Source: a virus
Taxonomy: Duplodnaviria; Caudoviricetes
Length of the DNA stretch: 27,534 nt
Strand: one strand, 5' to 3'
Virus record (IMG/VR): IMGVR_UViG_3300037424_001280
Location: 1-27,534 of that record
Shown here: positions 17,055 to 24,911 of the stretch, in pieces
How the letters are laid out: each line of letters begins with the position of its first letter
How positions within the stretch are numbered: the stretch's first letter is position 1
The notes under the pieces: generated by a model
Told to the model about the DNA's origin: nothing
Database searches by the model: none
Seen by the model: only the letters and a program-made list of their open reading frames with translations
Program-made: the position numbers and the translations under genes

Positions 17055-17759
17055 CTACTGCTTCATCAAAACATCATAATCAACATTGGCCGCCGGGGTT
17101 GCCACCGGGTCAAACGTGCCATAAGTAGTATCAACAGTCGGTACAGCAGGCGTCTTGTTGACGGTTAGATGGTAGACATCGGCAGCAGCCGCCGGGACGT
17201 AGGGCAGGCCGAACAGCTTCCCCCCGGCTACAGTTAGCGTCACATCTTCGGCCCGCGTTGGCAGGGTTAAAGATGTGACGCTTTGCCAGGGAACAACGCC
17301 GGTCAGGGTCTGTGATCCGCTTATAGCCGCCACCGCGATTAACTCAGTCGCTGCCAGTCCTCGCGCATCCACGCCCACAACGGTAATGCTGCCTGCCGTT
17401 GCCGTTGTGACCGTGACATAGGTAATTGACAGGTTGCGCGGATATTGAATCCCCAGGATTTCTTCCGTGACCGCTGAAACCGTGGCTACAACCGTTGCCG
17501 CTGCCCGAATACTTGGTGCAGCGTCGGCATCCTGAATACGGATGAAAGTCGAGCGGCCTATAAAGTGGTCAACGCCGGTCAAGTCGCCGGCAAGGGTCAT
17601 ATCATCATTGATAACCAAATCCTCAGACGTGATAGTCTTGGAGTTTTTGATCGTCTCGGTTCGAATTTCAACAAATCGCTGAATCCCCTGCATCACCGGC
17701 ACAAAACCAGCCAGAAGGAAAACGGTCAGGATGACAAACCAGGTATTTAGTTTTTTCAT
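17055..17759 (-). CDS. Beta-rich putative structural/decoration protein with N-terminal signal-like helix
   Basis: MKKLNTWFVILTVFLLAGFVPV followed by a T/A/V-rich body. Confidence 0.7.
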   Translation of the reverse strand: MKKLNTWFVILTVFLLAGFVPVMQGIQRFVEIRTETIKNSKTITSEDLVINDDMTLAGDLTGVDHFIGRSTFIRIQDADAAPSIRAAATVVATVSAVTEEILGIQYPRNLSITYVTVTTATAGSITVVGVDARGLAATELIAVAAISGSQTLTGVVPWQSVTSLTLPTRAEDVTLTVAGGKLFGLPYVPAAAADVYHLTVNKTPAVPTVDTTYGTFDPVATPAANVDYDVLMKQ

Positions 17760-17941
17760 TATCTACCGCCTTGCCGGGGTGAGACCTGCCGGTCCGCGTC
17801 CTGTAACTTGGTTTCAGGTTGTTTTGTCGCAGTTAGCAGCGCCTTTACCTCGGCTAACATTGCCTTGATTTCGGCCAGTTCTAGCGCCAGCTTTTCGGTT
17901 GCCTCAACCTGTCGGATATTGATTGATTTATCAGTCGCCAT
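17759..17941 (-). CDS. Small coiled-coil protein following the major capsid gene
   Basis: AAGGAG SD; heptad-like LALELAEIKAMLAEVKALL; TAATG coupling. Confidence 0.7.
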   Translation of the reverse strand: MATDKSINIRQVEATEKLALELAEIKAMLAEVKALLTATKQPETKLQDADRQVSPRQGGR

Positions 17942-17950
17942 AGTTACTCC

Positions 17951-19027
17951 TTAAGCGTAGGCCGCTGGAATACTGTAGGTGCCACCTGACCCGAATTCTA
18001 AAATAACCCCGTTGAGCCGGTCGCCTGCGCCCAGGCCAAAGCGATGCCGCCAGATGCTTTCTTGGAACGGGAACTCTTCCTGCTGAGCTACCAATTGCAG
18101 GCCATCACCCAGGCCGGTGTCAGCCGGATCAACACGCCGGATGAGAGGCGGGTCGGCTTCCAGATGCACCGCTACAAGATAGTTAGCGGGGATGAAGTTC
18201 CAGACCGAAATCCACGTCCCGGCCTTGTGACGGCCAATGATACGGCCTGGTACATTGGGCAGGTTTACAGGGACATCAGTATTAGAGCCGGTGCGAATGA
18301 AGTTGTCATTCACTTCAAAGAAGTCTGTCAGGGCTTGCGTCTCGGCGCGGGCGGTGTCATTGATAAAGCTGATGATATTGGAGCCGCCTGGTACTTGACC
18401 GAAATGCTCCTCAAGCTCAGGCACGACCGTTTCATAGGGGTCATTGGTATCAGAGATTGCACTCTCGGCGTAGCCGCTTTCCAGGTAATGATTTTCTGTG
18501 GCTTCCGCAGCCGAGCCAATTACCGGGGGATATACAACGGCATCACCATTAGCCAACGGCTGAATAGTGATTGTGCCGCCAACCCGGTCTACATAGCTGT
18601 CCGTGGTTGATTTGAAGATGCGGCGTAGGATTTGATGTCTGACCGTATTGACGTTCTGGGCCACTACGGTACTAATATGCCGGTCAAGCTCGCCCACCGT
18701 CATATAGGCCATATCTACATCGTTGCCGACAATCATCGCCCCGTAGTCATCCAGCGGAAAGGCGACATCCCACGAGCCGGCGGCCTTGACCGCGCCATAG
18801 CGCCCGTCATTGCCCCGGCTTTGCAGATAACCCCCGCCAGCAAGCAAGTAACGAAACTTGAAGGCGTCGGTCGTGCGGGAAACAAAAATACTGGTAGCCT
18901 CGGCCAATTCGGCGTTGGCTCGATTGATATAGGCGGTAGCAGCTTCAAAAAGAAGCTGCTGTCCGATAGTGGCGCTAAAAGCTCGCTCACTGTCAGAGGC
19001 GTTTAAGTGTCCGAAAATTCCGCTCAT
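17951..19027 (-). CDS. Major capsid protein, 358 aa
   Basis: Size, strong SD, position after scaffold and cement genes, C-terminal RHRFGLGA strand pattern. Confidence 0.8.
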   Translation of the reverse strand: MSGIFGHLNASDSERAFSATIGQQLLFEAATAYINRANAELAEATSIFVSRTTDAFKFRYLLAGGGYLQSRGNDGRYGAVKAAGSWDVAFPLDDYGAMIVGNDVDMAYMTVGELDRHISTVVAQNVNTVRHQILRRIFKSTTDSYVDRVGGTITIQPLANGDAVVYPPVIGSAAEATENHYLESGYAESAISDTNDPYETVVPELEEHFGQVPGGSNIISFINDTARAETQALTDFFEVNDNFIRTGSNTDVPVNLPNVPGRIIGRHKAGTWISVWNFIPANYLVAVHLEADPPLIRRVDPADTGLGDGLQLVAQQEEFPFQESIWRHRFGLGAGDRLNGVILEFGSGGTYSIPAAYA

Positions 19028-19039
19028 TGTATATGCTCC

Positions 19040-19471
19040 TTATGCCCACACGTGATGCCAGGCCGTTGTGATTCTAACAACCAGGGTATAGGTAGGCGCA
19101 TCATTTAGAGCAACTACCCCGCCACAAATAACGCTGACCGTTCCAGCGACGGTAGACAACGAGCCGGCGGTATCAGAAAGATAGATCACATCCCCACTTG
19201 ACAGGCCGGAAACGGTAAAGCCGTACATCTCTCCCTCATGAAGTACGTCTACCGGCTGACCTGCCGCTGCCGCATTGAGGGCAATTCCCCTGAATTGGAT
19301 GAGCAAACCACCGCCGGCGCTGGCGTCTGCCGGGTCAACAAACTTATCAGCCGCAATAGCAACGGCCTGACCTTTGGTGATGGTCGAGCCGGCGGTATAC
19401 GATCTGATAATGGCTTTGGTCGGGTCAACTACGCCGATTTGGGCCGCTGTCAGGGCTACTTCATTAGCCAT
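19040..19471 (-). CDS. Capsid cement/decoration protein (DUF2190-like)
   Basis: AGSTITKGQAV...GIALNAAAAGQPVDV...GDVIYLSDTAG. Confidence 0.8.
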   Translation of the reverse strand: MANEVALTAAQIGVVDPTKAIIRSYTAGSTITKGQAVAIAADKFVDPADASAGGGLLIQFRGIALNAAAAGQPVDVLHEGEMYGFTVSGLSSGDVIYLSDTAGSLSTVAGTVSVICGGVVALNDAPTYTLVVRITTAWHHVWA

Positions 19472-19505
19472 AATTTAACTCCTTGTCTTGAGCCTGTCGA
19501 AAGGC

Positions 19506-20042
19506 TTACAGTCGTACAATGGGCCGGGCCGGTGTCATTTGCTGCGCTCCCTGTGGAGCTTGCGGCGATGCGCCCGGTTTGGGTTTGGTTTGATTGCCAG
19601 GGCCAAGCGTTTGGGATTTGAATAATGCCTCATTGGCATTGAGCCATTGCAGTTTAGCCAGGGAGTCGGGTGAGCCGGGCAGGGCATTAACGGCGGTCTT
19701 GGCTCCCTCGCCTAACGCCTTAATCTTGGCGTCTAGCAGTTCGACGATCACGGCCTCGTAAGCAGCTACTTGAGTAGTCAAGGTTTCAACCTTTGGAGTT
19801 AAATCCTTAACCACGCCTTCATGCTGCTCGGCAAGTTTCTGCTGCTGCGCGTCAAAGTCTTTTTGGGCCTGCTTTTTGGCCTCGGTACGCTCTTTCTTGA
19901 GCAGGCTATTGAGATAGTCCTGCTGCTCCTGGCTAAAAGTCACCCCGGTTTGTTTTGGTTCAGCCGGGTCGCTGACTGGCCCCGTTGGTTGTGTTACTTG
20001 CCCGGTTGGGTCGCCGGTTGTGATTTCTGCTGGTTCCATCAT
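19506..20042 (-). CDS. Capsid scaffolding protein
   Basis: TFSQEQQDYL...ER motif, coiled coil, low-complexity termini; precedes the capsid genes. Confidence 0.8.
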   Translation of the reverse strand: MMEPAEITTGDPTGQVTQPTGPVSDPAEPKQTGVTFSQEQQDYLNSLLKKERTEAKKQAQKDFDAQQQKLAEQHEGVVKDLTPKVETLTTQVAAYEAVIVELLDAKIKALGEGAKTAVNALPGSPDSLAKLQWLNANEALFKSQTLGPGNQTKPKPGASPQAPQGAQQMTPARPIVRL

Positions 20043-20064
20043 TCTCCCTTTGTAAAAAGGTAAT

Positions 20065-20092
20065 AAAAAAGCCCACTCAATTGAGTGGGCTT
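20065..20092 (-). terminator. Intrinsic terminator-like hairpin in the scaffold leader
   Basis: 24-bp perfect palindrome aagcccactcaattgagtgggctt; on the minus strand an 8-bp stem is followed by U6. Confidence 0.75.
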
Positions 20093-20163
20093 AATAGGCG
20101 GACTCTCTGCGGCAAAATGGGTATAAATACGGATTTCGCCGGAAAAGTTATTTGGTTGCTACA

Positions 20164-20192
20164 ATAATAGCACAGTTGTTTTACTTTTGCAA
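20164..20192 (-). promoter_or_regulatory. Sigma70-type promoter for the capsid genes
   Basis: TTGCAA-17 bp-TATTAT with an extended -10 TG, in an AT-rich intergenic region. Confidence 0.7.
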
Positions 20193-20197
20193 GGCTG

Positions 20198-20362
20198 CTA
20201 TTTTTTTAACTCGCATATCTCGGCAATGGCCTCAGAGATAACCAACAGGCCGCGCCGAATAGCAATGAGCAATACCCGCCAGCGCGGGTCAAGCGGTTGG
20301 GACTGGCGCGGGAGGGACTGGCCGTTGTGGTTGGTTGTTTGGTACTGGACTGGTGTCTCCAT
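20198..20362 (-). CDS. 54-aa protein METPVQYQ...RWRVLLIAIRRGLLVISEAIAEICELKK
   Basis: ATG 5 nt after the upstream stop; amphipathic C-terminal helix; not in the ORF track. Confidence 0.6.
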   Translation of the reverse strand: METPVQYQTTNHNGQSLPRQSQPLDPRWRVLLIAIRRGLLVISEAIAEICELKK

Positions 20363-20367
20363 TGGCC

Positions 20368-20757
20368 CTATTCCCGCTTTAGCTCGTCGTTAATGTTCCG
20401 CTGCTTATCAAGTTCAGACTGTAGTAAAATAATACTACTTTCCATTTCTCTATAAGTGGCTTGATATAGTCTATTTACATCTTCTTCGTCTGGCCTTGTG
20501 TTTATCTCAGATAAACTATTTTCAAGATGTTTGATTTTTGCCTTTAATTTGCTCTTCGATTCGTTTCGTTTTTTTAGCAGATCAATGATCTCATCTTGCT
20601 TGCTAATCTTATCCAGTAAATTTTTAATCTCAGTTGCGTAGGCATAACGTTCGTCGTACTCAAGCAGTCGCCATAAAAAATAACCAGTTCGGTTTTTAAT
20701 ATAATTCCAGGCGGTTTTATAATCAATTATAATTACGCCCCAGAATAATTTAATCAT
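20368..20757 (-). CDS. AT-rich hypothetical coiled-coil protein
   Basis: ATGA overlap with the portal stop; visibly lower GC than neighbours. Confidence 0.75.
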   Translation of the reverse strand: MIKLFWGVIIIDYKTAWNYIKNRTGYFLWRLLEYDERYAYATEIKNLLDKISKQDEIIDLLKKRNESKSKLKAKIKHLENSLSEINTRPDEEDVNRLYQATYREMESSIILLQSELDKQRNINDELKRE

Positions 20758-22331
20758 TTCTCTATTGCCCTTTCGTTGTCAGGTATCAATTGAGTCGGCT
20801 GGTTATTCTCCTGTGGCATATTCTCCTGGGCCATTGCCATCCCCTGCTTCGCGTCTTCCATCAACTTGGGTATGCCGTTCTCTTTGTCATCATCGCCAAA
20901 GCCTAACTTACGCCAGCGGGTGAGTTTGGGCAATTCGCCCAAAGTAAACTCTTTCTCCATTATCTCCAACTCATCCAACCGATCAGGGGCAAATACGGGC
21001 CGCTCGCCTATTTCGTGGTCAAGGTCCCCGGCTTCGTAGCTGGCAAGGTTGAAGCCCTTGAAGTAGCCCCGCTCACCCCCAATAGCTATTGCCATTTGCT
21101 GAATGCGTTTCAGGCCATCGTCATAATTGACCCGGCGCTGTAACACCTTATCCGCTGCCGGTCCCTGAGCTATCCGCAAAGCCCGACCTGAAATATCGCC
21201 GCTGGCCTGTTGCAAGTCGGCTATCAATTTTAGCTCAGGATAATCACGCTCGATTTCGGCCAATATTTCTTTGATGTGTTCCAGCGTCCCGGCGATGTCC
21301 AGCGGCGCTACTAACGGCTGCGCTTTGGCCTGCGGGTCGGTAGCATAGAGAGCAGGTAATTCTTCCCGCCCCGGCTGCGGGCGATTGAGGGCCGCGCTGC
21401 CGGTCAAAGCCGTTTCAGTAGTGGTGGGGCTACTCACTGGCTTTGACACGCCGGCAAAAAACCAGGGCGCGTCAACCGTCTTGCGTATCTGGTCACTGAG
21501 TTTTGAGGCAATATCATCGACTTCATTGATCTTGGACCGGCCCGGCTGTAGCTCTGACCATCCCCAGTCCAGCCCCACGTCATTATGTTTGATGACTACG
21601 AGCGGCACAAAACCATAGCCAGTTTGCCACTCGGCGCCATTGCCCGTCCAATCATAGGGCGCTGAATTGAGGAGGGTTTGGTATAGGACCAATCCACCGC
21701 CCTGGTTGGTGACGATCTCGGTATAAACTGCGGTTTGAAGATTGTTGAACGGGTTGGCTCGCTCCTCTTCAATCTCATAGCTTTTGACGTTGCCGAAAGC
21801 GTCAAAGGTCACATCTTTGAGTTTGCCGGGGTGGATATTCTCCAGATAAACCCGCTTCTTCTCGGTATCATCCACCACCCGGATGATGGTATCGCCCAGA
21901 GTCGAGCCGTAAAGCGTGACAACATCCTTTTTCGTCTGCCAGTTGGACCAGCGCCACAAATCGGCCAGCGCCTGGCGCAGCGTCTCATTATCGGTTTCGA
22001 TAGGCAACGCCCCTTCGTCGCCGGCCTCTCTGTCCAGCATCCCCCCCCACAGGTGCGACTTCCAGAATTCACCGAGGCGATACGACGGGTTATAAATATT
22101 GCGGATATATTTATAAAGGCCGTATTGAGTCTTGTAGGCGGCTGACCATTTGTGAATTTTAGAATAGGCCGTATTTTCGTAATAGGCCCAATTGATGGTG
22201 TACCGCAAGCGCCGGCTGGCCCAGGTGTCAAACTCGGCGTCAAGTTTAAGCGGATCGCTGATTAAGTCGGGTTGGTTAAACGCCTTATAGGAGGCAGTAA
22301 GTCGGGTCATTAGATTACTCCAAAATGCCAT
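20754..22331 (-). CDS. Portal protein (SPP1 gp6-like)
   Basis: 525 aa; YGFVPLVVIKH, WGWSEL and SGRALRI motifs; follows the terminase. Confidence 0.88.
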   Translation of the reverse strand: MAFWSNLMTRLTASYKAFNQPDLISDPLKLDAEFDTWASRRLRYTINWAYYENTAYSKIHKWSAAYKTQYGLYKYIRNIYNPSYRLGEFWKSHLWGGMLDREAGDEGALPIETDNETLRQALADLWRWSNWQTKKDVVTLYGSTLGDTIIRVVDDTEKKRVYLENIHPGKLKDVTFDAFGNVKSYEIEEERANPFNNLQTAVYTEIVTNQGGGLVLYQTLLNSAPYDWTGNGAEWQTGYGFVPLVVIKHNDVGLDWGWSELQPGRSKINEVDDIASKLSDQIRKTVDAPWFFAGVSKPVSSPTTTETALTGSAALNRPQPGREELPALYATDPQAKAQPLVAPLDIAGTLEHIKEILAEIERDYPELKLIADLQQASGDISGRALRIAQGPAADKVLQRRVNYDDGLKRIQQMAIAIGGERGYFKGFNLASYEAGDLDHEIGERPVFAPDRLDELEIMEKEFTLGELPKLTRWRKLGFGDDDKENGIPKLMEDAKQGMAMAQENMPQENNQPTQLIPDNERAIEK

Positions 22332-22339
22332 AGTAGTCC

Positions 22340-22591
22340 CTAACCATATACTTGATTATGTAATTGTCGGCATTGTGCATCAGATACTATTTTTACTGGA
22401 CTCAAAGTCACCTGGAGTGGTCTGGTACACGTTACCCCAATGCAATTGGGTGGTATGTCCTTTTCATTCTGAACATAACCAAATATATCAGGAGAAACAA
22501 AAAAGCGAATTCTCCCGTCGTTTTCCATCCAGACCGTTAAGACCTCGGTATCGTCTGATTCCCCGTAAACATAAACAACGCGCTCGCTCAT
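22340..22591 (-). CDS. Hypothetical protein, 83 aa
   Basis: AAGGA SD; ATGA coupling to the upstream micro-ORF. Confidence 0.65.
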   Translation of the reverse strand: MSERVVYVYGESDDTEVLTVWMENDGRIRFFVSPDIFGYVQNEKDIPPNCIGVTCTRPLQVTLSPVKIVSDAQCRQLHNQVYG

Positions 22592-22689
22592 TTCTCAAAT
22601 TCCTTTTCCATCGGCCTGACGTACAGCCGCATCATTTGCCGCGCGGCCCGGCGTAGGGCATACCAACGCGGCGTGGGTAGGAATATCAT
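22588..22689 (-). CDS. 33-aa micro-ORF MIFLPTPRWYALRRAARQMMRLYVRPMEKEFEK
   Basis: TAATG and ATGA overlaps. Confidence 0.5.
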   Translation of the reverse strand: MIFLPTPRWYALRRAARQMMRLYVRPMEKEFEK

Positions 22690-22763
22690 TACGGTTTCCA
22701 CAACCCCAGGTCAACCAGGAAAGCTATTTTTAGGCTCATAATAAAGTGCTGCCAGGGTGTCAT
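22689..22763 (-). CDS. 24-aa micro-ORF MTPWQHFIMSLKIAFLVDLGLWKP
   Basis: ATGA and TAATG overlaps. Confidence 0.4.
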   Translation of the reverse strand: MTPWQHFIMSLKIAFLVDLGLWKP

Positions 22764-22807
22764 CCAATCGAAACGACATAACACCCCTGATCAAAGTATT
22801 GCATCAT
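22760..22807 (-). CDS. 15-aa micro-ORF MMQYFDQGCYVVSIG
   Basis: GGGAGG SD; ATGA overlaps. Confidence 0.35.
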   Translation of the reverse strand: MMQYFDQGCYVVSIG

Positions 22808-22840
22808 ATCCTCCCAAGTAGAATTGTACCTAACATATTA

Positions 22841-24364
22841 CTACCCCCGATAATCCATAGTTGGCGACGGACCGGCAAATAGACCATCATAGACATTTAC
22901 CCCAGCAGCAAAGTATCTGACCATATCTAAATAATGCCAGGTAGACTTGTCGGCTATTCCTTCCTTGACATCCCGGATACAATTTTGCATCTGGTCAATC
23001 GTATGAACGCAGTTGGAGCAGATAACCATTGTGCCGGTTTCCAGCATTTTGTTGGCCGCGTCTATCTGGGATTCGACATCATTCACCACCGGCAGGCGAA
23101 TAATAACCCCTTCTTTGGCGTAGTCAAGGCGCTGCTGATCTTCACCCTTTGCGCCGCCATACCCGGCGATAATGTTACGGTTCTCAAAGTGCGCTTTTAT
23201 CATTTTGGCTCTGGCCGCTGTAGTTCCCTGGGGCAATTGCTGCTCGTAAATCAGATAATATTTATCCTCTATTTTTGCCCACAGGCCCCAGACGGCATTG
23301 ACCGCGCCAAAGTCGTGGGAGTGCCAATAGCCGGTAATTTTGCTGTAGTCGAGCTTTGAGGCATCCGGGCCGGGTTCGGTAAAAGCGTGATAGACCCGGC
23401 CCTCTTTTTTAGTAATGAGATGTTGTGCCTCTTCCAGAAAGGCATTAACACCCCATTCGTTCATCTGGGCTTCGCAGACGTCAAGGGACTGGCCCGGCCA
23501 GGTTGGAACGCCACCTAGAATATGATACCGTTTGGTATCCTCTCTGAATTCCCACTCCAAATCCTCTACTGCCGGAAAGGGCCCGCTGACAATTCGATCC
23601 CGTAGAAAGTCGGCTTTGCCGTTGGCAATCTGGCTGAAAATGCCGTTATAATTGACAAGGTTCTGGATGCCGATCACGGCCACATCAGTGGAGCCGGACG
23701 GTAGAATATCACGGGTGAGCGTGTGGATTTTCTTCAGGGTTGTCTCGTAGGTATCGCCTTTCTCGTCTATGTCATCTATGAAGATAATGTCAGGCCGGTA
23801 CTCCTCAATCTTGATACCGCGCACCGCCGCATCATAGCCCAGCGCGACCACGTTGAAGCCATTGGCGCAGCGTAAGGTGCTCACCTTCCAGCCCTTTGAG
23901 TTGCCATATTTGCCGATAAGCCGCTCGGATAACTGCGGGTAATATTTAGCCACGCCTTTACCTTCGAGCATCGCCGCAATGTTGGCAACACTCTCATTGG
24001 CCTTGTCCTGAATCGAGCGGGTGTACAGGGCAAACCGACGAACCTCTTTTGCGCCAACCCAAACGGCGGCGGCTTCAGCGTTAGTGGTCTTGGTTCCACC
24101 ACGGCCCCAGATAGCAAAAAAGGCCGGGGGTTTGATACCCGGCTGGATGGCTTCGATGTGCTGCCAGAACTGTTCATGGCGCTCGACAAACGGGTGGTAG
24201 AACAGGTTCGGGAAAAGGGTAGTAAGCCAGTCGCCCCATAGCTCCGGCGGGGCAAAGTTGCCCGCGCGCTTCCGCCGCTCTAACTCAGCCGCCGCTTGTA
24301 GCTGTATTTTGTTGTAAGACTGTCGCCGGGTCGTCACCAGCGGCAATACGCTGTAGCTGTTCAT
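22841..24364 (-). CDS. terL: Terminase large subunit (start codon uncertain)
   Basis: Walker A-like GRGGTKT, Walker B IIFIDD, RNase H-like nuclease motifs SHDFG and HYLDMVRY. Confidence 0.92.
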   Translation of the reverse strand: MNSYSVLPLVTTRRQSYNKIQLQAAAELERRKRAGNFAPPELWGDWLTTLFPNLFYHPFVERHEQFWQHIEAIQPGIKPPAFFAIWGRGGTKTTNAEAAAVWVGAKEVRRFALYTRSIQDKANESVANIAAMLEGKGVAKYYPQLSERLIGKYGNSKGWKVSTLRCANGFNVVALGYDAAVRGIKIEEYRPDIIFIDDIDEKGDTYETTLKKIHTLTRDILPSGSTDVAVIGIQNLVNYNGIFSQIANGKADFLRDRIVSGPFPAVEDLEWEFREDTKRYHILGGVPTWPGQSLDVCEAQMNEWGVNAFLEEAQHLITKKEGRVYHAFTEPGPDASKLDYSKITGYWHSHDFGAVNAVWGLWAKIEDKYYLIYEQQLPQGTTAARAKMIKAHFENRNIIAGYGGAKGEDQQRLDYAKEGVIIRLPVVNDVESQIDAANKMLETGTMVICSNCVHTIDQMQNCIRDVKEGIADKSTWHYLDMVRYFAAGVNVYDGLFAGPSPTMDYRG

Positions 24365-24869
24365 CCGTTGCCTTTGATAAGTCGTAATTGAAATTTGTTA
24401 CTTTGGTCGCCGCGTCCACCCCAAACATCTCCCGGATGGCCTTAAGCGCCGCCTGCGCCTGAGCGAGCAGCGCCGGGTTGCCGGATTGTCCCTCCTTGCG
24501 GGTCGAGGCTTTGAGGCGTTGCGATGCGCCAGCCGTGCCGATTTCGCCGCCGTCTATCATTTCCTGGATGGTGGTCTCGGCGTCCTCAAGTGATTTGAGC
24601 CAGGCGGCAAGGGCTTCACGGTGGATGTATTCATACTTGTGGATTAGATTAGCCTTGCGCTTTTCGTTGTCTACCTTGCTATCTTCAAGCCATTGTTTTT
24701 CAATCGCTTCTTTGTCGTAATAGACGGTGCGCTCTGAGACGGTTATGTTATGTTCCTTTTCCAGCAGGGCCATTAGCTCCCAGGTGTTTTCAATACCCCT
24801 GAGCCGATAACCGGCAATGATGCGCCGCCGTTTGGCTATTCTGTCCTTTTCGCCGTTATGAAGTGACAT
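24285..24869 (-). CDS. terS: Terminase small subunit
   Basis: N-terminal HTH-like segment (VSERTVYYD), helical body, DLSKATDEQLQRIA tail; directly upstream of terL. Confidence 0.75.
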   Translation of the reverse strand: MSLHNGEKDRIAKRRRIIAGYRLRGIENTWELMALLEKEHNITVSERTVYYDKEAIEKQWLEDSKVDNEKRKANLIHKYEYIHREALAAWLKSLEDAETTIQEMIDGGEIGTAGASQRLKASTRKEGQSGNPALLAQAQAALKAIREMFGVDAATKVTNFNYDLSKATDEQLQRIAAGDDPATVLQQNTATSGG

Positions 24870-24911
24870 AATACCTTAATGCAAAATCATAGTTGCAAAT
24901 CCCCCGGCCCA

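Noticed and set aside
22588-22836. TGA read-through would merge the micro-ORF region into one ~82-codon frame (stop-codon recoding)
   Set aside because: TGA clearly acts as a stop in many ATGA-coupled genes, and no core gene has an internal TGA
24868-24898. TTGCAA...TATTAT upstream of terS, the same hexamers as the capsid promoter
   Set aside because: The spacer is 19 bp and the -10 overlaps the terS ATG, so it cannot drive terS
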